Assembly: GCA_965645245.1 (NCBI GenBank)
Contig: OZ287082.1
Location: 1,054,001-1,118,000, forward strand
Length of the DNA: 64,000 bases
Direction: 5' to 3'
From: Massalongia carnosa
Lineage: Eukaryota
The position numbers and the translations under genes were made by a program. The notes under the pieces were generated by a model. It saw only the letters and a program-made list of their open reading frames with translations. It had not been told where the DNA came from and searched no databases. Below are positions 37,600 through 49,964 of the stretch, piece after piece. How positions within the stretch are numbered: position 1 is the stretch's first letter; every line of letters starts with the position of its first letter.

Positions 37600-38763
37600 C
37601 TAGATGGAGGTGCCCGGCGGCGCTCCGGATCGATGCCCTGGTTGACCTGTACGCCCAATGGAATGCCCAATTGAGTAGGGGTAGGAGTTTGTAGGATTCG
37701 TCTCGGCGACGACAGCACGTGGGACTGCCAGAGGGATGCCTTTTTGAAAACTGAGGTTCAAATTGAACAGTGAGGCCTGGGACGTCTGAAAGTATAGCTG
37801 AAACGCGTTTGATGACCATCTTCCGAGTCTCTGAATACTCTCATCCAGCATCCCGTGGTCGGCGGCGTGTTGTGCTGCTCCTTTTCTGAAGCTGTGTCCC
37901 GAGTATGCCGAGTCGTTGATGCCGGCGGCTATCAATCTCTTTTTCAGGGATGCTATGACGGAGGCTCTGGTGAATGCGGTGCCGAGACGAAAAAGCGGGG
38001 ATGTAGATGGCTGAGGATCATTTCTGAAAAGACGCCGTAGTGCTGTCACGGGGCAAATGCTCTTATTGGTCGCTGCCAGCACTATCTGAACTCCTGAGTG
38101 ATTTGTGTCTGTTTTGCTTCTTTTGAGACGTAATGTCGCGTATTGATCGTTCTCGGCGAATGAGATGTCACCTCGTGTAGGTTTCAATCTCTGAAAAGAT
38201 GTCTTCTTACGATCGGCGACAGTGTAGGTGATTTCCCCGAGTCTGAGGAACCCTGCCCATGCAACTTTGAATGTCGCGTCGATGTTGAGGTCTTCGGCCG
38301 AATGAGCGGGAATACTGGTGATTTTTGTCAGTAATTCTTTTGAAATGGGTAGGCGTCTTCTTTTTGTCTGAGAAAAGATCCTTTTTCCCCCTTTCAGCAT
38401 CAATTGAAGTCTCGGCCCCTCGAATGGGGTGAGGCCGTATCCTCGGTCTACATGGTATGATCTGAGGCCGGCGAGGTAGCTCGCTGCCGTCTCTGGTTTT
38501 ATCTTTCCCTGCTTGGGTGTGCCGCCCCCGTATAGTCGACCGGCTAGCCATTCCTCGAGGGACTCGGTTGTTGCAGGCCACGACGTGCGTCCCGTCGTCG
38601 CGCAGAATGCCTCGTATGAGTCGATCGCCGTCCCGTACCCTTTTCTCGTGTCCGCCGAGTGTCCGTGCCAGACGAGGCGTTTTACCAGGGCTGACCCTGG
38701 TGTGGAGGATAGGTAGGTGGAGGGAGGTTCATCGAATTGTATGGGTTCTGCCAATGAGGGCAA
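37600..38763 (-). CDS. Tyrosine recombinase of the Ngaro element
   Basis: FLRLGE, SKTD, HSFRKG and LGRWSSNAFQLY catalytic motifs; open 387-aa ORF. Confidence 0.92.
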   Translation of the reverse strand: MPSLAEPIQFDEPPSTYLSSTPGSALVKRLVWHGHSADTRKGYGTAIDSYEAFCATTGRTSWPATTESLEEWLAGRLYGGGTPKQGKIKPETAASYLAGLRSYHVDRGYGLTPFEGPRLQLMLKGGKRIFSQTKRRRLPISKELLTKITSIPAHSAEDLNIDATFKVAWAGFLRLGEITYTVADRKKTSFQRLKPTRGDISFAENDQYATLRLKRSKTDTNHSGVQIVLAATNKSICPVTALRRLFRNDPQPSTSPLFRLGTAFTRASVIASLKKRLIAAGINDSAYSGHSFRKGAAQHAADHGMLDESIQRLGRWSSNAFQLYFQTSQASLFNLNLSFQKGIPLAVPRAVVAETNPTNSYPYSIGHSIGRTGQPGHRSGAPPGTSI

Positions 38764-40385
38764 AAGTTAGCCAATCTTTCATCATCAAAACGTGACAGGG
38801 CATCTGCTAGTCCATTGGAAGTGCCACTGATCCATTGACAACGTAGTACGATGTCCCACTTTGCAGCTATGGACAGTATTTCTCGTAGAGGCGCGTTGGC
38901 CGGTCCCTTGAGAGTTAGATTCGTGAATCCTGTGTATGCTGTGTTGCTGTCGGTAAAGACAAGGATCTGTCGATGTCGCCATGTCGGCGCCCATTTCTGA
39001 AGGATTAGAAGGATAGCCTCGACTTCTCGGACGTTTATGCTCGGTGATTCTTCCTGATTGAGGACTAGGACTCGGGCCCTACATGCGTTTTTTTGATTCA
39101 CGAGCTCGTTGTCTTGTTGAAAATGGCCTTCGAGACCCGTGAGGCATGCATCCGTATGCACCTTGATCGTATCTCGTGTTGACGTCTCGAAGAAGACAAT
39201 ACCGTTGAAGTCCACTAAAGGTTTGTTCCACCAGATGAGATCCTGTCTGACCCATGTGGGAATTCTTCTTTTGACCCGACGATGACTGCCCGAGGGAAAT
39301 GAGGCTATAAAATTCCAGAATAATCGTAAGAAGACTCGGCCCAATTTGACTGCCTGTGCGCAGAAGCTTAGGAAGCCCGCTATTGACTGCATGTCGCCGA
39401 GGCTGATTGTCGTCTCGTTTAGTGCCTTTGTAGTGATGATTCTCGCTTTTTCCAGCTTGTCCGCTGGCAGACGAATAAGACTGTTGATGGTGTCGACCTC
39501 GAGTCCGAAGACTGTCGCTGTCGTTCCCTCGGCGTCTTTTGAGTCGTTTCTCGGGATGCCGAGAATGTCGGTGAGAATGTTGTAGGCTTTTGTTTCTTGG
39601 TGCAATCGTTCTGACGATGTCTCGGATGGGAAAATTGCAACGAAGTCGTCTAGATAGTGATGTAATCTCCATTGTAGAAAGGATTCCAAAATCCAATGAA
39701 AGCCTTCCGCAAAAAGATTGAAGATGAACGGGGCCGTCGACAGTCCGAACGAAAGGCATGTCTCGGTGTAGAATTCGTCATTCCATCCGAAACCCAGAAG
39801 CCATTGATGATGAGGTGCGACGGGAACGTTTCGAAAGGCGTCTTTGACGTCTCTTTTCACTATGACAGCACCTTTGCCCTCTGACAGAATCAATTGAATA
39901 ATGTCGTCGAGTCTGGCGTATTGTAATTTGGATGCCTCTTCTGGAATGTTGTCGTTGACTGATGTTTGATTGGGATGAGACAGATGATGAATGCGTCACC
40001 ATCCTCCGTCATGTTTCGGGACCATGCCGAGGGGGGAGGCCACAAATGGCTGACTCGGGGCGGCTATTCGTCTGACTCGGCCCTTCCTGAGGTCCTCTTG
40101 AAGCTTATTCTCGATCGTTTCCGGGTCCTCATTCGCTGATGTCAGATTTTTTTCGATCCGAAGGATGTCTGTGGGGCCTTCGTATCCGATTTGTACTCCG
40201 AAACGAAGGATCATGGGCAGATGGACTCGGAGGGGGCCCGGATACTCTTGAAGTAGGGTTGCCCATGCGGACGGTACGAGGGGAGATGGGCTGTCTTTCA
40301 AACGCTGACGAGATGCGTCTACGAGTTGAAACGAAGGGATTGTATTTGGTCTGATTGGTGCAGGTAAGCAGGGATGGGACGTCAT
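38682..40385 (-). pseudogene. RT/RNase H of the Ngaro element with one in-frame stop
   Basis: KHDGGW*RIHHLS, DVKDAF, LSFGLSTAP, YLDD, TDAC and ADALSR; both ORF halves are in the same frame. Confidence 0.88.
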
Positions 40386-40430
40386 GAATTCAGCTATTGA
40401 AGCTATTCTACTGCCTCCTGCACCAACCCC

Positions 40431-41413
40431 CTATTTCTTCGTTGGGCATGTCTTCTGGCCATGCCCAGCCGCGCCGCACGATTTGCATTTGTGCTGTCGG
40501 TAGCACGACGGCCAGGTGCAGGTGCCGCTGTTGTACTTGTCGCAGATTTCCCCCGCTGCCTTCTCGGCCCTCTCGGCCCTGTCTCCTCTCGGGGTCGGTC
40601 GTCGGGACGGCGGGGATCGTGAGCGGCGACGGCGTAGGACTGTGAGGGGGGTGCAGAATCGAGCTTGGAATTCGTCGGGCATTTTCCATTGGGATGCGTC
40701 GGATGGCTGAGACGCGATGATGTGGGTGTGGGTTTCGATGGCGAGGGGGAGGACTGCTTCCTGCCACTCGTACACCTTGGCCAGCGTGAGGATTTTTCCG
40801 TGGAATGCCGACATGGTGGCGTGAAGCTGTTGACTCGATTTCCCGAAAAGACTGACCATGATCGAGGTGTAGTTGATGAAGCTCTCGGTCCAGACGTCAT
40901 GAACTGTCTTTCCGAAATCTTTGTAGGTCCCGGATGCCTTTCTCAACCTCAAGGCGCCGTCTTAGATGCCGATGCGGTCTTGATCCTTGTATGACTCGTA
41001 TTGCATGCCGTGCATGTGTCGGAGGCGGGAGAGGTTGATGGCTTTGAATTTATTTGAAAAGATCTTGATGATCTCGTCCTGTGGTAGGCCCGCGAAACGG
41101 GGTGCTATGCTTCTTACTTCGAGAGGGATCTCACCTAGGTCCTCGTCGTCATCGCCGACGACACGACTCGGCTTGCCAGCAGGAATGACGGCCGCTATTC
41201 GGGCGTCAGATTCTCGGCGCATGCAGTCGATTTCTAGCTGCATTTTTTCCACCTCCTTCTCGGCGACCAATGCCTTGGACTCGGCAATTCTAGCCTCAGC
41301 CTCGGCCGCCTTCGCTTCCGCCTCGGCTTTCTTCTTTTGTAGGGCGAAGATTTGATTGGATTGGGCCTGCGTCAATCCGACAATCTCCTGGGGGTCGGGG
41401 ACTATGTCGTCCA
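40431..41413 (-). pseudogene. Gag-like ORF of the Ngaro element with one in-frame stop at 40962-40964
   Basis: C-terminal CDKYNSGTC...C...H and CKSCGAAGH...C zinc fingers; the two ORF pieces are in frame across a TAA. Confidence 0.8.
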
Positions 41414-42097
41414 TCAAGGTGCTTTGGGAGAAAAGCAGCAAGCACTGACAGCGAGGTAGGGGCACCGAGACAACGTGGGGTCGACGACGAGTCAGTGAGA
41501 TGGATGAGGCCGAGTGAGAAGAAGTGAATGAGGAAAGAATTTTCAGAGGGTGATTCTTAATTTACTTTGACTCAGGGGCCTCACGTGACATAGAACCATC
41601 TCATCTTACCAACGCACTAATCCCAATGCGGTACCATGTGACTCTGAACACTTTACTAGGCATCAGCCGGGTGACTTTGCACATTACAACACCCTATAGC
41701 CTCCTCGGGCGGGTATATAAATTGATGAATGTTCATCGCCTCTTTTATTCTACCCATGACCTGCATCTGACGTATGTCCTGTGTAATCTCTTGCAAAACA
41801 GTCTCGGACTCGACCCATCTCGAGGTTCTTGGTTGATTGAAGGGTGCTGAACCTAATCAATGACTCCCGATCGCCCCCAGCAGTTCTGTATGGTGGAAGG
41901 TTTGACGTCGTTTTCCCATGCTGAAATGCCCCATCGAATGACATGAAGAACATATATGGAGGTAGTCGGATCTTTTCCAGCATCGAAAGAACTTACCATA
42001 AACTTGACGACTTGTTTTCGTATATAGACCTTCCAGTTTTGTATGATGCCTTGATCCAAAGGTTGATGTAATGAGGTGGTATTAGCAGGTAGCCACG

Positions 42098-43425
42098 CAC
42101 GCGGGGGACAAAAAAAAAACTACACCAAAATTTAACCGGGCTCAACTCCCCACCAAAACACAAGCAATTTACATACGATTTTGATGGGATAATTATCATT
42201 ATTATGAATTCTAAACATATCGAGACTCCTACCAAAGCTAAAATTCAGGGAGCCGTTGAATTTTGCGAAAAGCAAGGCATTTCTTATCACAAAGAGGATG
42301 TTTTTCGCACATTTGATGTGGAACGTACGAGGGGCTATGCATACCTGCGTGAAGGAGCCTCATCACGCCGTCATCATAATAATTCCGATGTTTCTGAAGC
42401 TCGTGGGCGTCACAAAATTGTTACGCCTAAATTGATTAGAGAAATGGAACGGCTATTGGAAGAAGAAGGTATGGAGGCGCGCGCTCTTACATGGGAGCAA
42501 TTGGGCTTCGAAGTAGGCCTAGACTGCAGTGGCAAAACCATTCAACGAATCATGGGCACCATGGATTATCACAAATGCATTGCGTGCAGAAAGGGATGGG
42601 TGAACGAGAAGACAAGAAAGCTTCGTATGAAGTGGTCAGATGCTATGCTTTCTAGATATCCAAATGCAGAAGACTGGAAACAAGTTCGATTTAGTGACGA
42701 AGTGCACTTTGGATGGGGACCTCAGGGCAAATTACGCATCATACGAAGATTAGGTGAACGTTATTGTCATGATTGTATTCAAGAAGCAGATGAACCAGAC
42801 GAGGCCGCCAAGAAGAGACATCACTGTTGGGCTGCTGCAGGTCATGACTTCAAGTCAGATATCTACTTTTACAGAGTTCCTGGAAACTCCAATGGAAAGA
42901 TGAGTCAACGAGTCTATATCGACTCTATATTGGAGCCTATTGTGAAGCCCTGGATTGAAGCAAAACACGATTTCGTCTTAGAAGAAGACGGTGATTCTGG
43001 ACATGGACCAGGCAAATCAAACATTGTACGCACTTGGAAGCAGAACAACGATCTGAAGCACTATTTCAACTGTCCATGTTCACCTGATTTGGCCCCCATA
43101 GAAAATTGCTGGCAGGCCCCGAAGCAATATTTAAAAAAATATCCTCATTGGGATGATGATACGACCAAGGGGCTAATTTATGAGGGGTGGGCGAACGTTT
43201 CCCAGGCATTTATCAATGAACGGGTGTCTACTATGCCAGATAGATTGAGAGCTGTTTTGGATGGTGAGGGTAAAATGACTGGTTATTGAATAGATTGAAT
43301 GAATTGGATGACTGGTTGTTGAAATGGTGATTATCCCATCAAAATTGTATGGAAATTGCTTGTGTTTTGGTGGGGGGTTGAACCCGGTTAAATTTTGGTG
43401 TAGTTTTTTTTTTGTCCCCCGCGTG
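42098..43425 (+). mobile_element. IS630/Tc1/mariner-type DD37E transposon with 5-bp TSD
   Basis: Long imperfect TIRs beginning CACGCGGGGGACAAAA; CCACG duplicated at 42093-42097 and 43426-43430. Confidence 0.93.
42204..43289 (+). CDS. Intact DD37E transposase (361 aa)
   Basis: FSDEVHF and LEEDGDSGH...SPDLAPIE, with 37 residues between the second D and the E. Confidence 0.92.
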   Translation: MNSKHIETPTKAKIQGAVEFCEKQGISYHKEDVFRTFDVERTRGYAYLREGASSRRHHNNSDVSEARGRHKIVTPKLIREMERLLEEEGMEARALTWEQLGFEVGLDCSGKTIQRIMGTMDYHKCIACRKGWVNEKTRKLRMKWSDAMLSRYPNAEDWKQVRFSDEVHFGWGPQGKLRIIRRLGERYCHDCIQEADEPDEAAKKRHHCWAAAGHDFKSDIYFYRVPGNSNGKMSQRVYIDSILEPIVKPWIEAKHDFVLEEDGDSGHGPGKSNIVRTWKQNNDLKHYFNCPCSPDLAPIENCWQAPKQYLKKYPHWDDDTTKGLIYEGWANVSQAFINERVSTMPDRLRAVLDGEGKMTGY

Positions 43426-45736
43426 CCACGCAATGCGAATATTCTGCACAACACCTGGATAGACGAATTTTAGAAATGATGTCATCATTAATTATAACGT
43501 TAACACATTGATTTATTTACCTTCATCCATCAAAATTTTCACAGCCAATTCGTGACCACTACAATTATCCATCAACAACAAAAGCGATCGTCTATTTATA
43601 TGACCATTTAACCAATGCAAATATTCTCTCAGGATGATGTTGTTATTCCAGGCCTTGGGATTATACCTCCAAACAGCACCCACATTCTCCAGTCCATGAA
43701 TTTTGGCATCCCGAAAACAATTTGGCCTTTTGGCCTTACCAATAAACCAGATATCAGGTTTATCCGACCCATCAGCATTACATGTGAGACAGGCAGTGAT
43801 TCTAGCTTGTTATAATTAGAACTCTGCCAAATTGAAGCAGCTTACTGTGAAAAACACACCTTATCCTGCATCTGACCGGCGTGCATCTCAGTACCAAGAG
43901 ATCGATCGGGTGCCATTTTCCAAAAAAGCCCTATTTCATCCATGTTATAAACGTCTTTGGCAGCATATTCAGATACTAATTTAAGAAGATCAGTCATTAT
44001 CTGCTTGTACATTTTCGCTTTGACCAGCTGAACCAGCCTCGCCATGATGAATGCGTTGTTTGAGTCCTCGTCGTCTTTTAAACCGATCCAGCCAGCCATT
44101 GCTCCATTTCGGAGTGGGAATACCTTCATACTGAGGCAGTTTGTTCCACAACTCGGTGGCTTTGGTCCGTAGCACGTCAGCATTAACAGTGAGACTGGCC
44201 TGTTCATATCGCTGCTCCCACATCGGGAAATCGGGAGATGACTAATAGATCTTGATGATTAAATATTCGACTTTTTGGTTTCTTTAGTCTTTATTCGTCA
44301 ACCTTTAGTCAGTTGCCTTTATCTATTGTACGTCTTGTCGTCATATTAGTCAGTGCAACCTGCATCTCAACAAGTAATCGTCGCTCTGTCTTTACTTCTC
44401 GTCTCGATAAGCTTTATTATTCTCTGTACCTTGACCTTTTAACAATTCAGTCGTATATTATCCACTCTATCCTATCTTTACGTCCTCTTTATCCGTCACA
44501 GAGTAATTTTGGTTGTTCAGCTGCTCTCTTTACATGTCGCATCGTCATACATTGACTTCGTTGCAGCTTTTGTATATTGCGTATAACATATCTTTATAAT
44601 GCGCAACCCACCTTGCATGTCTCATCGAAGATAATGTTACGTACATTCAGTTCTCGAAGATCAACAGCATTCTACATCATTACGTGGTTATGATTCTCAT
44701 TGTTCTTTGAATTGATAATTATCTGTTACTTGATGACGAGAAAGCCTGCTTAATGCCTACAGAGCACAAATCTTAGGAGACCAACTACTACCGCGACGAC
44801 ATATTAAGCTCATCTGTTCTGGAACAACAGTCCCTCTTAGACGGAAGCCCTTCCTTATCCTATTAAAAAGCGCATGCGTTTAGGAAACCAATTCTCTTTA
44901 ATCCTAACATAACACAATAGGGTACATGTGACGAAGCGAGACAGTGAATAGATTTCTACCATGCGCCACCTGTCCTCCCGACCAAAAGACACAATACTTA
45001 GTCCGCAGACCAAGCTCTATTCTACTATAACTGGGACTCCTGCTATGTTCGCTGTAGGTCCTGCCGTCCAGACCACGCATGGTCGAACCGTTACATTACG
45101 TTATAATCCCAAACATAAACTAAACACCCAATCCATCGAGTCTAAAGGATTCAAGAGCACATGAAGGTCTAGATATATGGGACGTGCGATGAGGGGGCGC
45201 TCTCGGTCGCAATACAAATGGACTCGGTTGGTTATATTAACCTGACAAATAGAGTCCACTACTTGATTTGTTCATCGGGATATAGATTACACATGCCATA
45301 GCATCCTTCGTATGGACGGTGGTCAAAGATAATATGGATGATCGTATCGATAGTGGACAAGAGGTGGTTTGGATTATAGTCAAAAGGTTGTATGGACGGT
45401 GGTCTGGATGGTGGCCAAAAGGTAATCTGGGTGGTGATCTGGATGGTAGATAAATGGTTGACGAAAGATGGTCTAGATGATGTTCAAAAGGTGGCATAAG
45501 AGGTGAACATTCAGTTCACGAAGAATATGGCGAAGGGCCGTTGCGGAGCGTCGATGAGCAGGTCTGGGGCAGGAATTAGGCTTTTCGGGGGTGCTTACTA
45601 TATTCAGTACTATCATCTCCGCAAAGAACACTATTGTCCTCTGCCGTTTTCAACGCTTCAGGTCTGAAGTGCCACGGACTCGTTGCCGCTTCCATGATAC
45701 CTGGTTACTATTGTTACAGGTTAACGGATACTATTA

Positions 45737-46035
45737 TACTACCCCCTGAACAATCCTGAAAACATGGGATTTTGCAAGGGCGGTACGGGGGTATGTGCTA
45801 GGGTGAAAACGGGCGTGGATACAGGCTTGTCGCCAATCAGGACAGTCGAATCTTCTGGATATTTGGGGAAGGTAAAATCACTAAGGGATTCGCTGTAGGG
45901 CTGTACAGTAAAAAATATTTACATGTCCTGATTGGCTCAAAGCCCTGGTTTCCACCCATGTGCTGTCAAGTCATCACTCCCGTCCTCCCCTTGCAAAAAA
46001 CCCATGTTTTCAAGATTGTTCAGGGGGGGATAGTG
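45737..46035. mobile_element. MITE-like foldback element
   Basis: Imperfect inverted arms over 100 bp long (TACTACCCCCTGAACAATC... / ...GATTGTTCAGGGGGGGATAGTG). Confidence 0.65.
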
Positions 46036-46099
46036 TGTGAGGTTTGACATACTGAACCTTTTACAGAGATGATCTACGGTAAGCTAACATCAACTAACC

Positions 46100-46242
46100 C
46101 TAATCTAACAGCTAACAAGCTTTTCTTGATCTAACAGGGTTTTCTTGATCTAACAGGGGCTGTTTTAATCTAACAGCTAACAAGATTTTCTTGATCTAAC
46201 AGGGTTTTCTTGATCTAACAGGGGCTGTTTTAATCTAACAGG
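46100..46242. repeat. Tandem ATCTAACAG-containing repeats
   Basis: Repeated TTTTCTTGATCTAACAGGG and TTTTAATCTAACAG units. Confidence 0.75.
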
Positions 46243-46448
46243 AACCGTTAGCATATCATAACAAAGTCAACGATCCTAACACGCTAGCTTTGGTTGCAAT
46301 GGCAAACTTGGTCATTTTACTTTTCGCGTCGATCTCTTCTACTTTGCTCGTTTCCCAAATCCACAGGTATTGCATATTCCTTGTTGCTTCTTTTTTTCAC
46401 TATGTCAACATCAAGGCAACCACTATCAACAACCCACAAAGAATCACA

Positions 46449-48818
46449 ATGGTACGAACCTCCCCAGGATGTATAGAAACCAACGCGTATCGCTGACTTT
46501 GCTTTTCCTTCGAGAACTCTCAGGATTTTGATGATTCGCCTTCCGAGGAAGACTTGCCTACATTGGCACAACTAAAACGCTCTCGTGCACAATTTGATGG
46601 AAATAACACTTACGGAGACAACAAACGCTCACATCGCCTGTCTTGTGTGGACGAGTTGGCTGAATCTAGTACTGGCAACGACTCAAGCGATGTGAGTTTC
46701 CAGCCGAGTGTAAATAGTACAGTCATGAATGCATGTACCGGGTTCTGACTTAGAACAGAAAACGCCGATAACTAAGTATGTGGCGAGGACATTACGGGCC
46801 GGCGCAGGCCGCGGTATTCAATACAGCTCAAATTCTCCATCTCGAAGGAGCTCCTTACGAAGGGAAACATTACCCTCGTCTCCACCGAGAAACCCTTCCC
46901 GCGCGCTAGATAACATCTTGTCGCCTTCACAAATACGCACTCGTCGGGGTTTGCCTGCGACACTCTCCTCGCAAACTCTCGAGATCTCAAAGGTCCTCCC
47001 GATCAAGTCTACTTCCGGCACAAGGGCTGGCATAACGGAATACGAGACAGTCTCCGAAATCAAAATAAATAGATACTTATCGTTTACTCTGGGGTGACAT
47101 ATCAAGGCGAACCAAGTTCAACTCTAGCCCTGCTCATCAACTAATACTACGTGCCATGATTCCTTTTTTCAACGCTCTGATAACGTCCGGACACGCGGTT
47201 GAATTATGTTCGCCTTGGGCAAACACACAGAAGCCTCGATTGAGCAAAGTAATGAGTCGTACTTGGCAGGACCTTGCGAAGCGTCTCGGTGACCTTCCTG
47301 GCAACCGGAACGTCGACGTAGCAGAGCTTCCCACCGCCAAAGAGGCTCGCAGGGTAGGTGAGGTCTTGCTTACAACGGATTTGTACATATAAAAACTAAT
47401 CTAAGACTAGATTTAGGATTCGACAACAGATTTTCGCTCTCAAATGTTGAGCAAAGTGAGATTGCTTGTGGCTAACGAATACCCGTTCTCAGTTCAGAGC
47501 GACTGTCGAATATTCGTGTCCACTTTGCTAGACGATCTTCATTTTCTGTGCGAAGATTTATCAACGGTTAATATGTCCTAGTTATCTTGATACAAAGTTT
47601 AACTAACTCGCGAGTAGGCTCCGAAAAACCAGTTTCTCGCGCCTATCTTGATAAAGGCGGTTACTCTGATATTTTTCAATAACGACAATGACTGCAGTTA
47701 TGGACGCAATACCGATACTGCGCATTTGTTCAATCCACTTCGAGGAGAAGTGATCGTATTGATAGCAACTCTGATTCAACATGCTATTGGAGAGTACAAA
47801 TACGGGCAAAAAAAGGTACAGGCTTTTGATGGGTCACAGCGAGAGAGTAAGTTTGTATCAATATAATCTTTGCTGAGTTGAGGCATTAATACTGAAAAGC
47901 AATCCATACTCGAATGACGAACACCTGGAATCAACAGTCCTCGGAGAGAAAGATGTTGTTACAAAGAATCATTCATCGGCGGGTTATGCGTTAGACTGGA
48001 CAAAGAGATGTGGGCTTTTCGGCGGTCACAAAAGCTGTCCACAATCCATTTGCCACTTCTTGACGATCTTGTAGATCTCGATGCGGGAGATGAAAGGACA
48101 AAGTCGGTCAGGTCGACAGCGCGGCTTTCTTCCTTGACATCTTCGTGTAGAACTTCGATCGTTCGTTGCGAGGAGGTGGATTGGGTTTTTCGGTATGTCT
48201 TGATTGGTATTATGCTTTGGAATTATCAGTAACAACAATAGAAGGAAACCTCTTCACCTAGACCGCCGCAGTTGACGAGCCACGAGGTATGCAATCTTAT
48301 TAACCGCGTTCTAAAGTGGTATTAACATCTCTCCTAGAATTCTTCGCAACGTGGGCCCTCACAATTAAAGAACAGCGCATCAAGTTCATCCTTCGTAAGT
48401 ATTCGCTTTTGTTGTAGAATATCTGTTAGTCTAACAATTGCGTTGGAAACAGTTTAACGACAAGATATCGTCAACTCCAACTCCACTCGCGCAAGACGCA
48501 ATCGTGACGACAGATTCGGGTCAAGAAGTTGCGGTAGATTACGATTTACGCATGGGGAAAGACTGGCGGATTCGGATGAGGTATGATGCAACGTGGAAGG
48601 AGCGGCAGACTACTGTGGGAATGAAAGATGGAGAGTCGTTCTGGTATACTGTACCAACATTTCCCGAGGCCGTATTGAGCTTTGAGGAGGAATATAGTTC
48701 GTTTTTGGATCGGGTGGAACAGGTGCATAGAGTAATGATACGAAGAGGAAACTGGGCGCATTGTCAAGCAGATGAAAACTCTGTGAGGGAGGACGACAAT
48801 ATGGGAGAACTTACATAA
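46449..48818 (+). CDS. Intron-rich hypothetical gene(s) carried by the 5-kb TIR element; exact structure uncertain
   Basis: Coding-like segments (46772-47070, 47156-47355, 47620-47847, 47900-48010, 48453-48818) separated by GT...CTAAC...AG-like introns. Confidence 0.45.
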
Positions 48819-49964
48819 CATTATTTAACCCAAATCTTGATAATATACTTGACTGGTGTGTCTTTATTGTCGTATCATGCAGCATCAAGCGCTCGAAAAG
48901 GAAACAGAAGCAGTGTATTTTGAAGATTTGTTACAATCGTTACTAAAACAACAAGTTAATTAATGAAATTATTGGATTCAAATGCTTATAATGACACAAA
49001 ATAGACAATATAACAATTATCATCATTGGACAAAGAAAGGTAAAGGTAATCAATAGTCAAAGAGCAACTGTTTTACACGTCAAATGTTGGACTATTCGTC
49101 AAGCGCCCATATCAAACGTGGGCGCAATCGGCAGTACCTAGAACATTTCGGCTAATTGACTAATGTAGCCTATTAGTCGACCATTTGACCAATTCGCGGG
49201 TCCTCCCGATTTCCCGATGCATTCGAACAAAGCATCTTGTAACACAGGCCATTTGGGAATAACCTCCCGTTTGATTGAACTCGCCTCCTCTTTATCATCC
49301 AAGTAAGCATATTTGGAACTAAGAATCTCGCTGATAGATGTACTCCCAGGCATATAACTATACTCACTTTTCCACCACATGTGACAGTCGTTCTGAGTCA
49401 CTTTATCCTTTGAATCATCATTGTACCAGTCCCGAAGAGCTTTTCGCTGAATATTCGTGATTCCATGACGGGTTTTTTTTCGAGGGGGGGAAGTTGCCAA
49501 AGACATAGAGGCAGGCCATTCTCGAGACATATTTACAGCAGAATCGTAGCAAATATATGATAATTTTACCACCTCGCTATAACGAACGTCACCAAAAATA
49601 TGAAAATAAATTTCGTTATATCGTAATGGAGGGGTTTTTCGTTATAACGAGGTTTTTACCATATAACTACAAAAAATCCGAAAACTAATTTCGTTATGCC
49701 GAGGTTTTCGTTATACGGAACTTCCCTATAGCGGGGTTCGACTATATACGATTCGAAAAACAAGCAATAACAACACGAAAGACACGAGACGAAAAAATTT
49801 TATTGAATATTAAAATAAAATCAAAGTTGATTTAAAAAAATTATATTATATTTAAATATAATAAATTGAATTTAAGCTGTTTAAAAAAATGCAACCGTGT
49901 AAGAAAACTAGTTAAACAGCGTTACTACTATTGGCTTGTACGAGTAGGAACAAATATAGGAGGT

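Larger units (their letters stand above)
36827..41606 (-). mobile_element. Ngaro-type tyrosine-recombinase retrotransposon with split direct repeats
   Basis: A1 (41606-41430), ORFs, B1 (37657-37357), A2 (37359-37183), B2 (37126-36827); gag, RT/RNase H and tyrosine recombinase (YR) ORFs. Confidence 0.92.
36576..41691. mobile_element. Solo LTR of about 340 bp, interrupted by the Ngaro element
   Basis: Ends TGTTGTAAT...ATTACAACA, TSD CCCTA (36571-36575, 41692-41696); removing it rejoins the pogo frame EEAIG-DTNED. Confidence 0.85.
44221..49219. mobile_element. 5.0-kb TIR element with 2-bp TSD, no recognisable transposase (CMC/EnSpm-like?)
   Basis: 17-bp perfect TIR CATCGGGAAATCGGGAG and CA duplication; removing it restores the pogo frame LFE-WEQR. 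Confidence 0.85.
36154..49744 (-). mobile_element. pogo/Tigger-like DNA transposon split by nested insertions
   Basis: TIR CAGTCGAACCCCGC with TA flanks. Transposase pieces at 49572-49220 (HTH), 44220-43430 (SNGWLDRFK, YNMDEIGLFW), 42097-41692 (QPLDQGII) and 36575-36322. Confidence 0.88.

Noticed and set aside
37600..38763. Starship captain or phage integrase
   Set aside because: Short YR overlapping an RT/RNase H ORF within split direct repeats, which is Ngaro architecture.
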